DNA of 59,957 nt from contig JBLHMK010000002.1 of assembly GCA_047621945.1 (NCBI GenBank), positions 1 to 59,957 on the forward strand, given 5' to 3'. The notes beneath the pieces were generated by a model, which saw only the letters and a list, made by a program, of their open reading frames with translations, made no database searches and was not told the DNA's origin. Below, piece after piece: positions 57,587 through 59,957 of the stretch. The position numbers and the translations under genes were made by a program. This DNA is from Flavobacteriaceae bacterium. GTDB lineage: Bacteria > Bacteroidota > Bacteroidia > Chitinophagales > UBA8649. Numbering within the stretch: position 1 is the first letter of the stretch; every line of letters starts with the position of its first letter.

Positions 57587-57934
57587 TTTAAGGCAGCCTG
57601 ATTCTATTCGGTGTAATTAGTCATTTATTGTTAAGACCCTTTGTTAAACAATTTTAAGCCGCTCTGATGCAGGTCTTTATCGGAAATCAGAGATATAAGG
57701 TGAATGAAGCTTATGAAAAAAGCACAAGTGTCATTAATCATTCATTAATTCTTACTTCCTCTTTGTCATTTTGATTTCAAAGTGAAAAGTAGCTCCTACT
57801 TAGTAATGAAAGACCTTCTTCCAAGTTGTATGCTCTTGCTTAAAAGGAAGATCCATTCACTAGCCATAAGTATTACTTCGCTCCTAGTTCGAAATGACTA
57901 ATGGGGATTTTCAAATGAGAATGCCTGTTTAAAT

Positions 57935-57967
57935 AAAAAGACCTGCTAATTTTAGCAGGTCTTTTTA
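57935..57967 (-). terminator. rho-independent terminator (bidirectional-looking) after the adhesin gene
   Basis: AAAAAGACCTGCTA-attt-TAGCAGGTCTTTTT lies about 25 nt after the stop at 57990. Confidence 0.85.
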
Positions 57968-57989
57968 TTTCTATAAGAACTTCAATATG

Positions 57990-59957
57990 CTATCGAAGAA
58001 TAGTTACGGTTCCACTCATTGCGCGAACTGTTCCGTCAAACATCATAACATCAACTTGATAAGTATATGCTCCGTTTGGCATTGGCTCACCATTAAATGT
58101 ACCGTCCCATGCCTCTCTTGGATTAACTAAGCCACTTAAACATTCAGCCTCTACATCATCCGGATTACTCATGCCATTAGCTTGATTAGCATTATGGAAT
58201 AACTCCTCACCCCATCTACTAAAGACTCTTACATCTAAGTTACTTGCTCCTAATACGTTGATTTCAAAGTTGTCATTCAAACAATCTCCATTAGGCGTAA
58301 ACGCTGATGGCATGAAGAACTGTGCCTCTTGACTCACATTGATATGTAGAGTATCCGTAACTACACATCCATTCGTATCTAAAACACTAACTGTTACCGT
58401 AAGGTCTTCTTCAGGCATCATAGTTGGCTCCAAACAAGGAACACCACAACCAGTAGTATCTAAATTACCCGAAGTAACCGCATCCCATATTGTTTGAGAA
58501 ACAGGAATCCCGGTACTGAATACATCAACTAATAAGTCTACTTGCTCTCCTCTAATGATATACAAATCCTCTGTCCAATAAACACCATCATTACCAGCAC
58601 CAGATAATTCGATTTCCAAAACAGGGTTTTGAATAATGTCAAATTGAGTGCTTGCATTACAATTGTTATTATCTAATACAAAGACTACGTATGTGCCAAC
58701 AGAAAGATTATCGAAGGTGCTATCTGTTTGAACCAAACCATTCAATTGATAGGTAAACGGAGCATTTCCTCCATTTACAACAACTGACACTTCACCATTG
58801 TTATTTGCAATACATGTAACTCCTTGAGCAGTTGTAAGCACTTCCATGGCAGCTGGGTAAACCAACTCGGCAGTGTCAAAGACAATACAGCCATTATTAT
58901 CAGTTACTCTTACTATATAAAAAGTGTCTCCAGCTAAGTTATTGGCAAGTACCCCAGTTTGAATAGGACTTGTATTCCATTCATAAGTATATGGTTGAGC
59001 ACCACCAGAAGACCCAATTAAGGCCATTCCTGATTCTTGACCTGCACATGCTGGTTGAGTGATACTAATTGAAGAAACAATTTGCGGGGAAGAGGAAACA
59101 TTAAATATTTCCGACACCACACATCCGTTCGCATCCGTAACAGTCATTGTATAATTTCCTGCTATTAAATTTGAAATACTAACTGTTGTATCTCCAATAG
59201 GCGTCCAAGCTATAGAATAAGGAGCTGTTCCACCAGTAACGGTAGTTTGAATTTCACCATTATTCCCACCGAAGCAACTAACTGATGTAATTTTTATCAA
59301 ATTAATAACTAAGGCTTCTTGTGGTCCTCCAATAGTATCAAATAAGGTAATCTGACATCCATTTACATCTGTAACTAATACTGAAACTAGACCTCCACTT
59401 TGACCCCAAATAGAATCCGTATTTTCAAAAGTAGACCATAGATAAGTGTATGGTGCAGTACCTCCGCTAACATTAGCCGTGGCTGTACCAATTTGATCAT
59501 TAAAACACTGCTCATCACTTGAAGTAATGCTGCCAGTCAATGCTGTAGGACTTGCTACACTTTGTGAAATACTAGCAACACAAGCATTATCATCAGTAAC
59601 TGTTAGTGTATATGTTCCCACTGCCAGATTGTATAAATCTTCAGTTGAAGCTAAAATACTTGTACCATCTGACCATGAGAAAGTATAAGGAGCTAATCCG
59701 CCACCAACACTTACATCTACATACCCATTTGTATCACCGAAGCAAAGTACATCACCAAAGTTAGCTATAATAAGAGCTAAAGCCGAAGGCTCAGTAATCG
59801 TTGCACTGATATTATCTGTACATCCGTTTACATCACTTACTGTTATTGTATAACTAGCTGCTGCTAATCCAGTGAATGATCCACTTGCTTGTCCTGCTCC
59901 TCCATTTAAACTATAACTATATGGTGTTGATCCGCCAGTATTACTTACATAGATCGC
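57990..59957 (-). CDS. large SprB-repeat adhesin with T9SS type B (CHU_C/gliding-motility) C-terminal sorting domain, C-terminal part (gene continues beyond the right window edge)
   Basis: Repeats of about 75-80 aa have the form G(G/S)T/APYTY.W...(V)TD.NGC. The C-terminus contains FMPSAFTPNGDCLNDNFEI...RWGEELF. The frame stays open upstream of the track's Met at 59621 to the window end, and my reverse-complement reading there gives further repeats. Confidence 0.88.
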   Translation of the reverse strand, partial: AIYVSNTGGSTPYSYSLNGGAGQASGSFTGLAAASYTITVSDVNGCTDNISATITEPSALALIIANFGDVLCFGDTNGYVDVSVGGGLAPYTFSWSDGTSILASTEDLYNLAVGTYTLTVTDDNACVASISQSVASPTALTGSITSSDEQCFNDQIGTATANVSGGTAPYTYLWSTFENTDSIWGQSGGLVSVLVTDVNGCQITLFDTIGGPQEALVINLIKITSVSCFGGNNGEIQTTVTGGTAPYSIAWTPIGDTTVSISNLIAGNYTMTVTDANGCVVSEIFNVSSSPQIVSSISITQPACAGQESGMALIGSSGGAQPYTYEWNTSPIQTGVLANNLAGDTFYIVRVTDNNGCIVFDTAELVYPAAMEVLTTAQGVTCIANNNGEVSVVVNGGNAPFTYQLNGLVQTDSTFDNLSVGTYVVFVLDNNNCNASTQFDIIQNPVLEIELSGAGNDGVYWTEDLYIIRGEQVDLLVDVFSTGIPVSQTIWDAVTSGNLDTTGCGVPCLEPTMMPEEDLTVTVSVLDTNGCVVTDTLHINVSQEAQFFMPSAFTPNGDCLNDNFEINVLGASNLDVRVFSRWGEELFHNANQANGMSNPDDVEAECLSGLVNPREAWDGTFNGEPMPNGAYTYQVDVMMFDGTVRAMSGTVTILR

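Noticed and set aside
57666-57901. Short ORFs of 35 aa (57666) and 31 aa (57806) downstream of the LRR gene, considered as PCAT cargo
   Set aside because: Neither contains a GG or GA cleavage motif or the typical charged-helical leader. Coding status is unsupported, and they are mentioned only within the ORF-free-region finding.
1-59957. Looked for CRISPR arrays, tRNA/rRNA genes, IS elements, integrases, phage or defence-island genes, and compositional islands
   Set aside because: None were seen. The only tandem DNA repeats are the 11-bp promoter repeats at 13210..13257 and the in-frame protein repeats (LRR, SprB). Gene content is syntenic housekeeping plus envelope functions, with no obvious GC shift.

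Overview
Visibly AT-rich, gene-dense chromosomal segment that looks like a Bacteroidota (Flavobacteriia-like) genome. The taxonomic call rests on T9SS type A and type B C-terminal sorting domains, SprB-type repeats, TonB-dependent receptors with N-terminal CarboxypepD_reg-like domains, several lipoprotein signals and TAnnTTTG -7 promoter boxes. I support about 49 protein-coding genes. Most are housekeeping: thrS-infC-rpmI-rplT, serA, rlmB, pruA, pheT-zapA-rny, ftsK-lolA-like, an acyl-CoA carboxyltransferase, yebC, ccmE-ccmF and maf. Envelope and accessory modules are interspersed: LemA/DUF2207; porin plus Na/Pi cotransporter; TlpA/beta-barrel/Omp28-like; two T9SS cargo proteins; DUF4856-imelysin-HTTM-TonB receptor; a TPP-riboswitch-controlled TonB receptor; a C39-peptidase ABC exporter with HlyD and an LRR protein; and the 3' part of a giant SprB-repeat adhesin. 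I saw no rRNA, tRNA, CRISPR array, transposase, integrase or phage genes. The one RNA element I can read with confidence is a TPP (THI-box) riboswitch on the minus strand at about 52085..52172. The best second-look candidates are: (1) the DUF4856-imelysin-HTTM-TonB receptor operon; (2) the cargo-less PCAT/HlyD/LRR locus followed by a 400-nt ORF-free region; (3) five phased TAACAT repeats (Pho-box-like) in front of the porin/Na-Pi operon; (4) a CxxxY-variant CcmE; (5) a ccmF-coupled DUF2520/UbiA(DGGGPS-like)/maf block. All family names come from motif recognition by eye. No database search or computation was run.
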